From positions 52,613,497 through 52,677,496 of the forward strand of contig NC_068991.1 of assembly GCF_001194135.2 (NCBI RefSeq): DNA of 64,000 nt, read 5' to 3'. The translations under genes were made by a program, and so were the position numbers. This document shows positions 38,477 to 49,054 of this stretch, piece by piece (position 1 is the stretch's first letter; every line of letters begins with the position of its first letter). The notes beneath the pieces are model-generated. The model saw only the letters and a list, made by a program, of their open reading frames with translations. It did not search any database and was not told where the DNA came from. This DNA comes from Octopus bimaculoides (taxonomy: Eukaryota).

Positions 38477-38693
38477 ATTTTCAGATTAACAGCCGCACGA
38501 TCTTCACTACAGTGTTAGGGTTAGGGTTTTAGGGTCAGGGTTAGGATTAGGGTTTAGGGTTATGGTTACGGTTAAGGTTAGGGACGGAATTCCCTAACCC
38601 TAACACTAAACCCTAACCCTAAACTCTAACCCTAACCCTGACCCTAAAACCCTAACCCCCTAGTGAAAATCGTGCAGGTGTTAATCTGAAAAT
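38477..38693. repeat. Palindrome of degenerate telomeric hexamers (TTAGGG)n-(CCCTAA)n with unique inverted flanks
   Basis: ATTTTCAGATTAACA.../...TGTTAATCTGAAAAT arms; variant units mirrored (GGGTTTTAGGGTCAGGGTTAGG vs CCTAACCCTGACCCTAAAACCC); centre at about 38585-38590. Confidence 0.93.
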
Positions 38694-38770
38694 CAGAAAT
38701 TACTCATTTTACCTCGGTTACTAATCCACCCCCACCCCCCACGGCGTAAATTTTAATAAAAAAATCTTAC

Positions 38771-39336
38771 GTGGACTCCTGAGGGCCATAACGACCCCGA
38801 TTGAAACCACCAAGCCAACAAACGTACATTCTTGTATATTTACTAAGTGATTCTTCTACTACTTTTGGCCAATGTAGTGAAGTTTATGGTTCACTTGATA
38901 AAGTGAATAAAATACTACGGCCTTTTCTTTCACCTTCTTTTCTAATTCACTTTTTTAATACAGCCCGCATCTGTTGCGACATGCTTCTCATTCCAACCCT
39001 TCTATATCCGGTTATGTTTACCGAGCTGATATAGAAATTCACTTGTATTTCTGGAGTGTTAACTATTTACCTTGAGTAGCGACAATTTAAACCACGTATC
39101 CCAGGACATGATTTAAAATTCACATCTTTCACGAAAATAGATTTTATAATCGTTTATATTTACCGTGAAAATTGAATGTTTTCACTATACTTCAATTCGA
39201 TATATACATATATATATATATATAAAAGAGAAAGAGGCTAATACTATAAATGTTCTGTTGTTAGCCCTACCTTGATATTCCGTCGTGACCTTAATTTGAG
39301 GACTTAATCTCGACTGAACTCGAAGTAGAAGTTATA
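38771..39336. promoter_or_regulatory. Putative bidirectional promoter (IL-17R-like gene +, lncRNA -)
   Basis: Lies between a minus-strand first-exon donor (38770) and the plus-strand ATG (39337); CpG retained; CCAAT at about 38869. Confidence 0.5.
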
Positions 39337-39429
39337 ATGATTTTTGTCCTCATATTTTTGCTTACTACTCTGAATTCTGGTGAAACTACAGACTGTCCAG
39401 CATCTGGAAAAGTAACGCCTGATAATCTT
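39337..39429 (+). CDS. IL-17 receptor-like protein exon 1: signal peptide MIFVLIFLLTTLNSGETTDCPASGKVTPDNL
   Basis: ATG followed by a hydrophobic signal sequence; CTT|gtaagt donor, phase 0; lies in a CpG-retaining region. Confidence 0.75.
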
Positions 39430-42400
39430 GTAAGTACTGCAGAAATACAAGCTACCAATTATTTTGAAGTTTTTTTTTTTCTCTCCATGCCAGTTTTCTA
39501 TATGGTATCTTATTTACACTATTTTTCTTATCATTATACTTGTTTAGAAGATTTTATTTTAACTTTCAAACCACACGTAATATATTGTCATTGGTGTTAA
39601 TTTGATGCATAAAAGTTTTGCTCTAAACTTATTTATCCAAACAGCAATTACTATGAATTTAGGATGTGAACTGTTTGTTACCTGTGACTTGTCTTATTGT
39701 ATACAATAATTGTAAGGTATATTCTTCGTTTCTGTAAATTACAGACGTGTTCTAAGTTTGTCTTCTATAGATGTAATTATGAATCAATTTATAATTTTAT
39801 ACATTATGTAGTCAACTAAACTGTTGAGCTTGCGAAACCCTGTCAACCTTCGCTCATCTGTATTGGTACAGCTGAATAATCTGAAAATGTAGGGCTAATA
39901 CAGAAGTAATTTTGTCATTTGGTTTTTACAAGATTTACTTAAGTGAAAAAGTAATTAACATAATTAGTTCCCTTTTTTTCCCCAAAAAAGCTTTTGACGA
40001 AAGCAAACACTCGAACAAAACTGGAACACAATATGGCATATCGATTTCTGAAAGATCGAATCAGAGATTCGATCCGTTCCTCAATTTAGGTCCCTCAATT
40101 CTGAATTTTGTTTCTTTACAACTATCTTAATAATACAGCTTTCGATGAAAAATTTTTAATAATATAGGTTTTCAAAGATATAGATTACAATTATATTGCT
40201 GAAATGCTTAGCCATTCAATCGCTCATTCATGATCACTTACGTCACATAGCAACTTTTCTTATATTTTCAATCCATATTGTTCGTTAATGCCAGTTTGTT
40301 AACGACTTTAATCACTAAATACTTTTGATTTTATTTTGTAGTAAGTTAATTTAGAAATTTTATTTCATCATCACTACCAATTTCATATTGGTAATGAATA
40401 ATTTGGCAATCTTATTTAATTGAATAATGTAAATAATCGATTTGTCTTTTTTTTTTTTTTAAGCTTGTTCAATGATTATGAGCAAGTTCTTGAATGGGCT
40501 ATTTTCTGAATATAAAAGAAAAACATTTTTAAAGATTTTATCAGCATAATTGTCATTTACACCTTTGGAAATATATTTTTCTAAAAATTCAACAAGAAAT
40601 GTGTTTTTAATAAAATTTCCTAAGACACTAAGTCCAGGTGGGAGTACACCTGTAAGGAAGTTGATGCAATTTCGCACCACTCTTTGGAAAAATGCATTTT
40701 TTAAAAAACATTTTTTCGGATTCCTACGTTTTAGNNNNNNNNNNNNNNNNNNNNNNNNNNNNNNNNNNNNNNNNNNNNNNNNNNNNNNNNNNNNNNNNNN
40801 NNNNNNNNNNNNNNNNNNNNNNNNNNNNNNNNNNNNNNNNNNNNNNNNNNNNNNNNNNNNNNNNNNNNNNNNNNNNNNNNNNNNNNNNNNNNNNNNNNNN
40901 NNNNNNNNNNNNNNNNNNNNNNNNNNNNNNNNNNNNNNNNNNNNNNNNNNNNNNNNNNNNNNNNNNNNNNNNNNNNNNNNNNNNNNNNNNNNNNNNNNNN
41001 NNNNNNNNNNNNNNNNNNNNNNNNNNNNNNNNNNNNNNNNNNNNNNNNNNNNNNNNNNNNNNNNNNNNNNNNNNNNNNNNNNNNNNNNNNNNNNNNNNNN
41101 NNNNNNNNNNNNNNNNNNNNNNNNNNNNNNNNNNNNNNNNNNNNNNNNNNNNNNNNNNNNNNNNNNNNNNNNNNNNNNNNNNNNNNNNNNNNNNNNNNNN
41201 NNNNNNNNNNNNNNNNNNNNNNNNNNNNNNNNNNNNNNNNNNNNNNNNNNNNNNNNNNNNNNNNNNNNNNTCTCTCTTTCTTTCTTTCTTTCAAACAAAA
41301 CGTGGTTTCTTGCATTTCCTGAATCTCCGCCATCTAAAACAGGGCAAAAAAATTTCGAAAAAGTTCAAAATTTTAAACGGGAGTGGTGGTTGTTGTTGGG
41401 GGGGGGGGATTTCAATGTTTTCGATAAAGAAGAATACAATTTTGCCCAAAAATCACGTTTTCAAATTTTTATTGGTAAATATGAAGAATCTTTCTCAATG
41501 ACAAATTAAAAAAAAAAAGCTCACAGGAGTAAACACACACACACACAAGAACAAGCACGCACTTTGATATGTCAATAGAACAAGCGCACTGCTGATAGTT
41601 GACAAGACAACACGTGCTCACGGAAACTACCGAGTAGTAGTATGTTTATAGAATTCGAGTCAAAACGAAAATGAACGTGTAGATTACGGAAAACGTATAA
41701 AAAATAGGGCGAACTAACCGTCTCAGAGATATTCGCATTTTAGGATGGTTCCGAGTACAATTTGCTGTTTGCAAATATAACCGGAGGTGACGAATAAAAA
41801 CGGTATGGTTGTTCGGTGTAATTGAAAGAGTTTCGAAAACAACATTCATGGTACCTTTATCTTCCGATTGTGACGAGGGTGAATCAAGGGATGCCGCAAC
41901 TCTTATTCCCCTTATTCGTTAATGTTCAACCGGGTTCAGTGATTTTGGCTAAATTACGATATAAGTACCATAGTTGTCAAAAAAAAAAAATGCACGTGTA
42001 TTTATGTTTCTGAAGAAGATCGTCGCTTCCGTAAATTATTTTTACATATGTGGGGTGGAATGGGGGGAAAGGGGATCTTCTGAAGTCGGCGTAGAAGCGA
42101 AAGAAACAGAGAGAGCGCGATTGGATCAGGGAAGTTCTTTTGAAGTTGGCGTGCCGCGTGTGTGTGTTTGATGGGGTGTGCGAGACAGAAAGTGTGGTGT
42201 GTATGTGAAGTTCTTTTGTTAGTATGTGTGAAGAGACAGAGAGAGTAATGTTGCTGGTGTGTATGTATGTGAGAGAGAGAGAGAGAGAGGGGTTCTCTAT
42301 GTATGTATGGCTTCAGTGACACACACACATATGTATATGTATTTGTATATACAGATGTATATGTGGCTATGTGGCGATCTTACGTATATGCATACATACA

Positions 42401-42520
42401 AAGATGTATATATATATGCATACATACGTAGATGTATATATATATATATGTATACATACATAGATGTATATATATATATGTATACATACATAGATGTATA
42501 TATATATGTATACATACATA

Positions 42521-42554
<34 letters not shown>

Positions 42555-42555
<1 letters not shown>

Positions 42556-42957
42556 CGTGGTGGTGGAACAATGTTGTTGACAGGGCTATTAGACAAAAGA
42601 TACAGACTTGGAAAGACTGGAAGAACGGTGGTAGCAGGGAATTGTATCAGACTGCCAGAAGGGAAGCTAGGAGACAGGTTTATTTAGCCAGAGGGGAAGC
42701 AGATAAGAAAAAGTTTGCCAATGTTCTGCGCCGTGAGGACCAAAGACTTGAGGTATTTCGTGTTGCAAGACAGTGTGTGAGAGAGAATCGTGATGTCGAG
42801 GGAGAGAAATGTGTTCGCATGGATGATGGTACGCTTGCACTAAACGAGGCTGCAAAGAAAGAGGTTTAGAGACGCCACTCCGAAAGATTTCTCAATAAAG
42901 AGAATGAATGTCGACCCAACAGAGGGACCAGCTATCCGAGTTGACAGTACCTTGGTA
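42555..42957 (+). mobile_element. RTE LINE internal fragment
   Basis: [15 protein letters not shown]...[15 protein letters not shown]...FRVARQCVRENRDV, the post-endonuclease region of RTE ORFs. Confidence 0.85.
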
Positions 42958-43208
42958 NNNNNNNNNNNNNNNNNNNNNNNNNNNNNNNNNNNNNNNNNNN
43001 NNNNNNNNNNNNNNNNNNNNNNNNNNNNNNNNNNNNNNNNNNNNNNNNNNNNNNNNNNNNNNNNNNNNNNNNNNNNNNNNNNNNNNNNNNNNNNNNNNNN
43101 NNNNNNNNNNNNNNNNNNNNNNNNNNNNNNNNNNNNNNNNNNNNNNNNNNNNNNNNNNNNNNNNNNNNNNNNNNNNNNNNNNNNNNNNNNNNNNNNNNNN
43201 NNNNNNNN

Positions 43209-43436
43209 CCACTTATTATTTTTTATTTTCCTAAAATTTTCGTTGCGTCTTGCAACCTTTTCAATAGTCAACACACTCACCGTTAAAATTTCCACTTATT
43301 ATTTTTTATTTTCCTAAAATTTTCGTTGAGTCTTGCAACTTTTCAATAGTCTTGACTCTTGAAAACGTTGCAAAACTCAACGAAAATTTTAGGAAAATAA
43401 AAAATAATAAGTGGAAATTTTAACGGTGAGTGTGTT
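43209..43436. repeat. Tandem plus inverted ~80-bp repeat (foldback)
   Basis: Unit AACACACTCACCGTTAAAATTTCCACTT...; direct copies at 43209-43269 and 43270-43346, inverted copy at 43359-43436. Confidence 0.9.
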
Positions 43437-44244
43437 AAATTTTAAGGCACGATAAGAAAATGACTCTCCCCAGACACAACAGTATATATATATATATAAT
43501 ATATATCATATCGAAAAATCACCGTGATTTTTAGTGACTCTAGGCAGGCGTATGTGAGAATCACGGAATATCTATTTAGCCAGGCGATCTTTCTATCTAA
43601 AGTTCAATATTTCACGTTATCCTAAAGAACATCTTTAAAAATACAAGTTAAATTTTTTTAGGCCCCAACTATCGCATTATTTCATGTTTAGTAAGGCCAT
43701 CGCAAATGTCAGAAGACAAGCATTTCAAAATAACAACTGTGAAGTATAGTTGTCTCAGCATTTGTATGCGAAGAAGTTTATTCAACAACATTAAAATACA
43801 AAAATCCATTTCATATATACCTTCATACATGTTTCACTTTAAAACAAAAGTAAATAAATAAAAATTTATACGAAAATAAATGAACAAAAGCAGTTGATAT
43901 GGATAACAGTTCCGAGAATCAGAGCGACAGTTCTGAGAATCCAAACGAAAGATTACCCCAAGCGGATACCATTGCAAAAAATTTTTCGAGTGCATTCAAC
44001 GTATCTCAGCTCCAAAGATTTGGCTGCTATTTCTAGCACTCCTTGCTACAACGTAACATCTATTTGCGATAACAGACCCGAAATACCTGTTATGTAATGG
44101 CAGGGCGTGCAAGAAATAGCAGCCAAATATTTCCTTTTCTGAGTGATTTCGATGTCACATTCGTTGAAAGCATGCAAAATAACCTGGAAAAGAAAAACAA
44201 ACCCACGAAACAAAACTCCGTTGTTGGTCACTGGTAGCCTAATA

Positions 44245-44525
44245 CAGGGGTTTTCAAACTTTTTGACTTGCGGACCCCTTTATATTTCAGTAAGTTATAA
44301 ACGCTTATGAAATTTATACATAAATAGTTGCTTAAAATAACATATATTTTTACATTTGTTTATTTAACAGTATTTAACAAATAGGTTTATTGTCAATTAA
44401 AAGATTTCGATTAAAAACCATATATAAAATCAAATTGCCCATAAAAAGTATTTGCTGTTCACGGACCCCCTGTCTTGTCTTTGCGGACCCCCTGTGGTCC
44501 GCAGACCACAGTTTGAAAACCACTG
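44245..44525. mobile_element. hAT-type MITE, same family as 2637-2942
   Basis: Same TIRs and internal sequence; TSD GCCTAATA/GCCTAGTA (7/8). Confidence 0.92.
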
Positions 44526-44864
44526 GCCTAGTATATATCCAAAACTAATGGTACTTGAAAACTGATTGGGTAGAAAACACATCAAAAAAGCAAGCGTTTC
44601 AAATTAAAATCTGGCAATAAAAAATATGTATAAAATAACATCACCAATATTTCCCACTAGGTTTACACATGCCCCAACTACAACATCTGAACATGCTGCC
44701 AAACACTATCTTTGAAAGACTGCAATACCTATAACCCAGCCTGCAACAGAAAAACATACAAACAATAACAATAATCAAAAGCTTTTTACTTCCTGAGCAA
44801 CCCATACCATCACACACACACACGCACGCGCGCGCGCGCACACGCACACGCACACACACACACA

Positions 44865-44895
<31 letters not shown>

Positions 44896-44968
44896 ACTNN
44901 NNNNNNNNCTCTCACTAAGCTACCACAAACACTTTTCTCCAGATATTACTTTCTCCTTCACATACCAG

Positions 44969-45068
44969 AATTAGGTCTCAGTAAGTTAACCTCAATTAGG
45001 TCTCAGTAAGTTAACCTCAATTAGGTCTCAGTAAGTTAACCTCAATTAGGTCTCAGTAAGTTAACTTC
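44969..45068 (+). repeat. 25-bp minisatellite x4
   Basis: AATTAGGTCTCAGTAAGTTAACCTC repeated four times (last copy has one mismatch). Confidence 0.95.
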
Positions 45069-46567
45069 AAACTATGCTGGCACCACCCACAACAAATAAT
45101 ATACAATAAAAAAAAAGTCAAGGAAATAACTAGTAAGTGTGCAAAATAAATTTTTTAATTGATTCATATTACAGAATTGTTATGAGTATCACTTTAAACT
45201 GCATCTGGTAGCGAGAGCCTGCTTTAAGAGTTCTTAGCCACTATTGTTCCCAAGTCTACTCTGACCCAGAGTAGTAGTATCTGTCAGAGTCCCAACTATG
45301 ATTTAACCCTTTTGCTACCATATTTCAGTGGAAATTCATTACCTTTATTTCATTTAATTTTGAAAATAATTCAAAATTTAGTGAAATAACTGTCGTTATT
45401 AACCCAGTGTTTAGGGCATTAATTAGCATGAAATTTTGTTAGAGAGTTTTAATTTAGATCACTTGGATCTTTTCAATCTGACCAACAGATTTTTTAATTA
45501 ATTTTTTTCTTAACTAAACACTTTGAAACTTTGGATACTGGTAGAATGTGTCACATAGAACAGGGTTTACTCTTAAAGTTTTTGACGTATTGTATTTTAG
45601 AAGTTATTGCGTGTTAAATTTGTCATATTTGGGTAATTTTAACCAACCAATGACGTGTATTCAGCTGAAGAAAATTACTGCTGCTGTTTGCGAACAACAA
45701 CTTCCAGGTCCACTCCCCTAACAAAACCCTTCTTTAATAACCAGAGATATTTTTATAGCAACATGGGTTTGCTGTAATAGGGTTGATTTGAAGCTAACTA
45801 ACAACAAAACTATTACTGAGACAGACCAACGACAGAGCCTGTATGTGGTTGCATGACCTGCTAGAAAAAGTAGCCAAACTTTTTTATATACAGAATAAAA
45901 AAAACTTCTATCCTGTGATATACACGTAGAGTCCATTATGTCAGGGAAGAAAGATGGAATGGTCACAATATTGAGAGAGTTAAATAGCATGTAACTATCC
46001 AAGTCAGGGAAATCATGGGATGCAGCATAAATATCCCAAGATGCTGAATGGATGAACAGACAACAAGTTGTCAGTGGCCATGATCAAACTGATAGTAGTT
46101 AAATTACTACTATCATCTGCAGTCATGGTGTGTATGCAGATTAATATTCAACTAGCTAGACCCGTGAAAACTTCACAGAAACAAACAATGTAAGCATCTG
46201 TAAATTGTGTACTGGTGCCATGAGAAATGTTTCTATATTATGACAATTACAGAATATAGAAAGAAGTGTAAAACCAATAACAATATAATCCAACCAAAAT
46301 ATTTCAGTTACACAAATGTAAACTGAATTACTATTTAGCCTTAAAATACATTGTACATATTCAAAAAAACTTGTAGAAACGATCGTGCGAACCTAATATA
46401 ATAACATGAGAGAACTTGCATGTGAAATGTGAGGAAATGCCAGCAAGGAAAGAAAGACACAACCATTAAAGATATATAAAAAGTAAGTTTCATTAGAGTA
46501 GGAAACTGTGTGTCTGTGTGTGTGTGAATGCGGCATAATAAATAATAACAATATATATGACGCCTTT

Positions 46568-46812
46568 GTGTGAACAAGAGTGTGTATACATAAATATGTG
46601 TGTGTGAGTGAATGAGAAATACAGAGCATGGAATAAGAGTCTGTAACATGGACAATAAGCGTCCTGAACACAAAGATAAGAAAATACCGCCGTGTGAACA
46701 AGAGTGTGTATACATAAATATGTGTGTGTGAGTGAATGAGAAATACAGAGCATGGAATAAGAGTCTGTAACATGGACAATAAGCATCCTGAACACAAAAA
46801 TAAGAAAATACC
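46568..46812 (+). repeat. 124-bp tandem duplication
   Basis: GTGTGAACAAGAGTGTG...AAGAAAATACC starts at 46568 and 46692, nearly identical. Confidence 0.92.
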
Positions 46813-47339
46813 AGTTCATAGTTGAGGTACACAGTAGATTGAATATCTGTACATAAGAGGTTGTGGCCGAATAGCAGAGCTGAAGTGTCACATGTCGTGA
46901 GAAGAAGTTGAGGCTTCGATGCTGCGACTGGTTACTTGGTACAGAGAGTTCGCAGATCGAGTTCTGGCTGTTATTTTCGTGGTGGAAATAATCCACACAA
47001 ACAGTGTCAAGAGAAGCTGCAGTTGCTGTTGGCGGTGTGTACGATGTCAACGAAGAAGCTGTAGTAGACAGTTGAACGGTGGTGTTGACGTTGTCGCTGG
47101 AAACTGGCTGGTTGGTGTTCTGTGTGGTCAACAACCAGACCTCAGAAGAGCTGAAGCCGAAGATTTTCTTTTTATTCCTAATAAATAGGATACATAGAGG
47201 GGACAAACAAGGACAGACAAAAAACATATATATGGTCTTCAGCCTTTTACGAGTGTTCTATCAAATGGGTGTTATAATGGATGTTATAATGAATATAAAA
47301 ATATATATAAAATATAAAAATTTTTAAAATTCTCTTTTT

Positions 47340-47790
47340 TAGTTTGGGTTGCCTTACTAACCTGCCGGTTGATTTCCCTTTTTCTCTTTTTGTGTCTTTT
47401 TCTTTTCCTTCTATGCCTGGTCCGGCCGTGTTGGCATGGCTCCTTGCATACTCAACTTTCTTACGATATCCTTCCATCTTTTCGCAAACACTCTTTGTGG
47501 CAGGCTCCTCCTCCCCAGACAAATCTTGAAAACAAGATGGGCGGTGAAATGGTTCACCAGTCCTCATCTGGAGATGAACTGTCCTGTCACAATTCCTTCC
47601 AAATGCGTCTTCCATACCGTTTCTTTCAATATGGTTATTACACAGAGAAATGCTGCCTTCTTCTCTTTGGAAAGAGAGGAAGGCGGTACAATCTTAATCA
47701 TGGACTCAGTCGAGAGCCATACTCCCTCTGCATCCGACATCAGTTGTTTGGCATAGGTTATCAAATCCCTCAGCTCCTCATAGTGTACGA
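47340..47790 (-). mobile_element. L1/Tx1-like LINE 3' remnant
   Basis: AAFLCVITILKETVWKTHLEG... resembles Tx1 ORF2 C-termini (from memory); frameshifted. Confidence 0.5.
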
Positions 47791-47959
47791 TTATTAAACA
47801 AAACAATGCAGTATGACTAACCATATGGCCACCTATTTGGTTTATTAATTTGCATAATCTTGGTATAGTCTTAAACTTATTTTGCCAACAATTTCTAATC
47901 ATTTGAATTAATTGTGCATTAAAATTATTCCAATTATATACAGATATATAACTCCTATA

Positions 47960-48850
47960 TCATTTAAAAGAAAAAAATTCTACATAAACTGTAAAAAGTG
48001 ATATTATTTTATGGAAGGTCTTTGAGCTTCCATAGTCTTCTTTTCCAGATTGATTTATTTCTCTGAGTCTGTTTAGCTCTAATTCTGAAGTCACTAACTT
48101 GTAACTGATGTTGGGTTGTACACTCTTCACCTGGGAAAGACTTTGTATTTGTAACATCTGTCTATCTTGTTGCCTGATGAGGAAGTAGTCAGTCTGGCTT
48201 ATGTTACCACCAGACTGATAAGTAATTAGGCTGCTGGTTGGTTTTCTGAAATTAGTGTTGCAGATCATAAGATCATTTGCATCACAGAACCCCAGCAGTC
48301 TTGTTCCCTCCCTATTCCTAGGTCCTAAGCCATAGCCACCATTCACTCCCTGGAATCCATGGGGATACTTCCCAACATATTGAAGCCACCAGCCACAGTA
48401 ACAAAGTCTCTATCATTTGTAATTGTGATAGTCTACAAAAAGACCACATGGAATTGGTCTTTCTGCTCATCAGCCAGCCCAGACTGAGGAGTAGAAGCAG
48501 AGATAAATGTAACTGTTAATTTGTCTATGATAAGTCTCATCTTAATTACCCTATCACATACTCTGACTGCCTTAATTACCTTATTCACCCACTTTTCTGC
48601 TAACAGTATGCCTACACCACCCGCTCCATCCCTCCTGCTTACCCAGAAGAATTTGAGTCTGTCTCTTACCCATGAGGTATCTAGCTGAGGCTCCCCTCCA
48701 TCTTTTTTCTTGCACACCACACACATCAACTTGGCGCCGCTCCAACATTTCAATAATCTCCCCACTTCTTCCTTTCATTGTGCCAACATTGATGATAGCA
48801 ACCGTGTGATTGTGTTTTTAGGAGTGATGGTGGTAAGGCAGTTGTGAAAC
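47960..48850 (-). mobile_element. RTE LINE 5' part (AP endonuclease), frameshifted
   Basis: NVGTMKGRSGEIIEMLERRQVDVCGVQEKRWRG, GGVGILLAEKW, GYGLGPRNREGTRLLGFCDANDLMICNTNFRK, QTDYFL. Confidence 0.92.
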
Positions 48851-49026
48851 TCTTGTCATCATATGTCTAAATAAAAGACGGGGTGGAGTTGACCTAATTA
48901 TAGCTTGACTTCAGTACGGTTTACAATCGCAACATATTTTTATTGCGCTTTTCTAAATGTTTTAGTTAAAATTAAATTCCCAGGAAATGAAATATTTTTT
49001 TAAATTCCTCTTTTTTTTTTTTACAG

Positions 49027-49054
49027 CTACATTATTCTCTTTATAAGACAGACT
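49027..49054 (+). CDS. IL-17R-like 28-nt microexon LHYSLYKTD(C)
   Basis: poly-T ttacag| acceptor and T|gtaagt donor; phase 0-1 exactly bridges exon 1 (phase 0) and the 53623 exon (phase 1). Confidence 0.75.

Larger units (their letters stand above)
25290..38850 (-). ncRNA. Multi-exon spliced transcript without a long ORF (putative snoRNA-host lncRNA / micropeptide gene)
   Basis: Minus-strand exons with pyrimidine-AG acceptors and GTRAG-type donors: first-exon donor at 38770 (CAC|gtaaga), 34592-34635, 34462-34517, 34018(or 34010)-34045, 33821-33870, 32802-32921, 32478-32490, 30059-30133, 29376-29412, 26461-26501, 25688-25728, probable terminal exon from 25598 downward; TSS and 3' end approximate. 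Confidence 0.65.

Noticed and set aside
38515-38660. True chromosome-fusion site
   Set aside because: Mirror-image variant hexamers and unique inverted flanks indicate foldback duplication; kept as a palindrome finding instead
39663-39711. Alternative phase 0-1 exon 2 (DVNCLLPVTCLIVYNN) for the IL-17R-like gene
   Set aside because: Acceptor lacks a pyrimidine tract; 49027-49054 has much stronger signals
40459-41509. Long ORFs (200-319 aa) in the ORF track; similar cases at 24155-24862, 42840-43317 and 7320-7557
   Set aside because: They consist mostly of X from N gaps and are artefacts
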